Shown here: one piece after another, positions 62,527 through 64,000 of the stretch
How the letters are laid out: every line of letters starts with the position of its first letter
How positions within the stretch are numbered: the stretch's first letter is position 1
Source: an uncultured delta proteobacterium
GTDB taxonomy: Bacteria > Desulfobacterota > Desulfomonilia > UBA1062
Assembly: GCA_963752595.1 (NCBI GenBank)
Contig: CAVVYZ010000009.1
Span: 32,001 to 96,000 of the forward strand
Direction of reading: 5' to 3'
Length of the DNA stretch: 64,000 nt
Program-made: the position numbers and the translations under genes
The notes under the pieces: generated by a model
Told to the model about the DNA's origin: nothing
Seen by the model: only the letters and a program-made list of their open reading frames with translations
The model's database searches: none

Positions 62527-63830
62527 GCTGCCTTTCTGACCCAGTGAAATACCTGCCACGACTTGAGGAGATCGAGCCCGTATTTCAGCTGGAAATCATC
62601 CTGGAGAAGCTTGTTCGAAGGCGATTCGTCTATCTTTTTCGTTGGATTTACGGTCTTCGTTTTGACCTTGCCCTGTGGTTCAAGGTGGTCCTTGAGATCC
62701 TTTTCCCGGATAAAGGTCTGGGCCTTCGCATCTTCGGCCTCCGGAACTTTTTGATCCACCCAGATATCGGGCTCGATGCCTGTTGCCTGAATGGATCTCC
62801 CCGAAGGTGTATAGTAGCGGGCAACCGTAAGCTTGAGGGCCGATCCGTCGTTCAGAGGCCGGATGGTCTGGACCGATGCCTTGCCGAAGCTCTTTACCCC
62901 GACCACGACAGCACGCTTGTTGTCCTGCAGTGCGCCTGCCACGATCTCCGCGGCGCTCGCGCTGCCGCCGTTAATGAGAACGACCATGGGAAAATCATCG
63001 AAAGAGCCGTCCTTCCGGGCGCGGTATTCCGTTTTCTCTTCCGGTTTTCTCCCGTCGGTATAGACGATCATCCCGTCGCTCAGGAAGATATCGCTCACTG
63101 CCACGGCCTGATCGAGGAGTCCGCCCGGATTGTACCTCAAGTCGAGAACCAGACCTTTGATCTGACCTATCTTCTCGATCCCCTTCCGGATGTCGTCGGC
63201 AGTATCTACCTGGAAATTCCTTACCTTGATGTATCCATAGCCGGGTTCCAGAATCTCTCCCTTGACGCTTTCAATATGGATCAATGCCCGTGTCAGGGTC
63301 AGATCCAGGGGGCTTTCCAGCTTTTCTCTGAGGATAGTTATCGTCACGTTCGTGCCTTTGGGCCCCCGCAGGAGGTTGACTGCCTCTTCAAGGCCCATAT
63401 CCACTGTTGATTTCCCGTCTATCTTGACGATTTTGTCGCCCGGGATGATTCCTGCATTGAATGCCGGTGTTCCCTCAATGGGTGAGATCACCATCAGGAG
63501 ATTCTCGCGCACTCCGATCTCTATGCCCAGCCCCCCGAACGATCCTGTGGTGCTGATTTGCATCTCTTTGTATCCTTCCTTGGTAAGATAGGAAGAATGT
63601 GGATCGAGGACCGATACCATCCCCTTGATAGCCCCTTCGATGAGCTTCTCCGGAGGAACTTCTTCGACGTAATTTTTTTCAATAATGTTGAGGCAATCGG
63701 TAAATTTCTCGAGCTCGGGGTATATGCCCGAGGCATTCGCGCTCAAGCCCATTGTATAGTTTACTCCCACAATGGCGAGGAAAACCAGTACAACAACCCC
63801 GCCAAGCAAGATGACCTTCTGGATTCTCAT
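62523..63830 (-). CDS. ctpA: Carboxy-terminal processing protease, S41 family
   Basis: LDPHS, PDZ (FGGLGI), DLRYNPGG, SASAAEIVAGALQD, FGKASVQ. Confidence 0.95.
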   Translation of the reverse strand: MRIQKVILLGGVVVLVFLAIVGVNYTMGLSANASGIYPELEKFTDCLNIIEKNYVEEVPPEKLIEGAIKGMVSVLDPHSSYLTKEGYKEMQISTTGSFGGLGIEIGVRENLLMVISPIEGTPAFNAGIIPGDKIVKIDGKSTVDMGLEEAVNLLRGPKGTNVTITILREKLESPLDLTLTRALIHIESVKGEILEPGYGYIKVRNFQVDTADDIRKGIEKIGQIKGLVLDLRYNPGGLLDQAVAVSDIFLSDGMIVYTDGRKPEEKTEYRARKDGSFDDFPMVVLINGGSASAAEIVAGALQDNKRAVVVGVKSFGKASVQTIRPLNDGSALKLTVARYYTPSGRSIQATGIEPDIWVDQKVPEAEDAKAQTFIREKDLKDHLEPQGKVKTKTVNPTKKIDESPSNKLLQDDFQLKYGLDLLKSWQVFHWVRKAA

Positions 63831-63905
63831 ACATTCTCCTGTAGAATTATTCGATACACCCTATGTATCGCCTATATCATAGATAAACTTATGATAAAAT
63901 ATCTA

Positions 63906-64000
63906 CTATTCCTGAATCAGCCAAAGCATGGGGTCCAGAGCCTTCTGGTGAAACCGTACTTCGAAATGGAGTGTGGGTTTGAGAACGCTCCCGCTCTGCC
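63906..64000 (-). CDS. C-terminal end of an M23-family peptidase / EnvC-like murein hydrolase activator (partial)
   Basis: GQSGSVLKPTLHFEVRFHQKALDPMLWL-IQE-stop; usual envC-ctpA-yibQ order. Confidence 0.75.
   Translation of the reverse strand, partial: QSGSVLKPTLHFEVRFHQKALDPMLWLIQE

Noticed and set aside
1-64000. CRISPR arrays, prophage, integrase/transposase or anti-phage defence genes
   Set aside because: No regularly spaced direct repeats or recognisable motifs were seen on either strand.

Overview
64 kb of bacterial chromosome, probably from an anaerobic Deltaproteobacterium/Desulfobacterota-type organism (inferred from the PEP-CTERM PrsK/PrsR pair, long-form HflX, serS-tRNA-Ser cluster and radical enzymes). 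It holds about 55 coding loci and two tRNA-Ser genes. I saw no rRNA, CRISPR array, transposase or prophage. The left ~45 kb is accessory or metabolic and the right end is housekeeping (priA, serS, AsmA/YhdP-like, hflX, RfaH-like, S41 protease, M23 peptidase end). Many genes carry single-base frameshifts, densest at ~46.3-52.5 kb and probably sequencing or assembly errors. A separate set of envelope genes carries larger clean deletions. Most interesting items: (1) a four-gene HEAT / ParA / coiled-coil / small coiled-coil operon resembling the myxobacterial PomY-PomZ-PomX division-site positioning system, with a short PomY-like protein and an extra gene; (2) a FadR-regulated glycyl radical enzyme operon of unknown reaction with a tandem split-barrel flavin-binding partner; (3) a pair of paralogous CWB2-like proteins, one fused to DUF4396, in a diderm; (4) hflX apparently starting at ATA behind an RfaH paralog; (5) a 147-bp structured inverted-repeat element; (6) an attenuator-like leader before rlmB; (7) several archaeal-type genes. 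Family calls come from motif recognition and memory, not from database searches.
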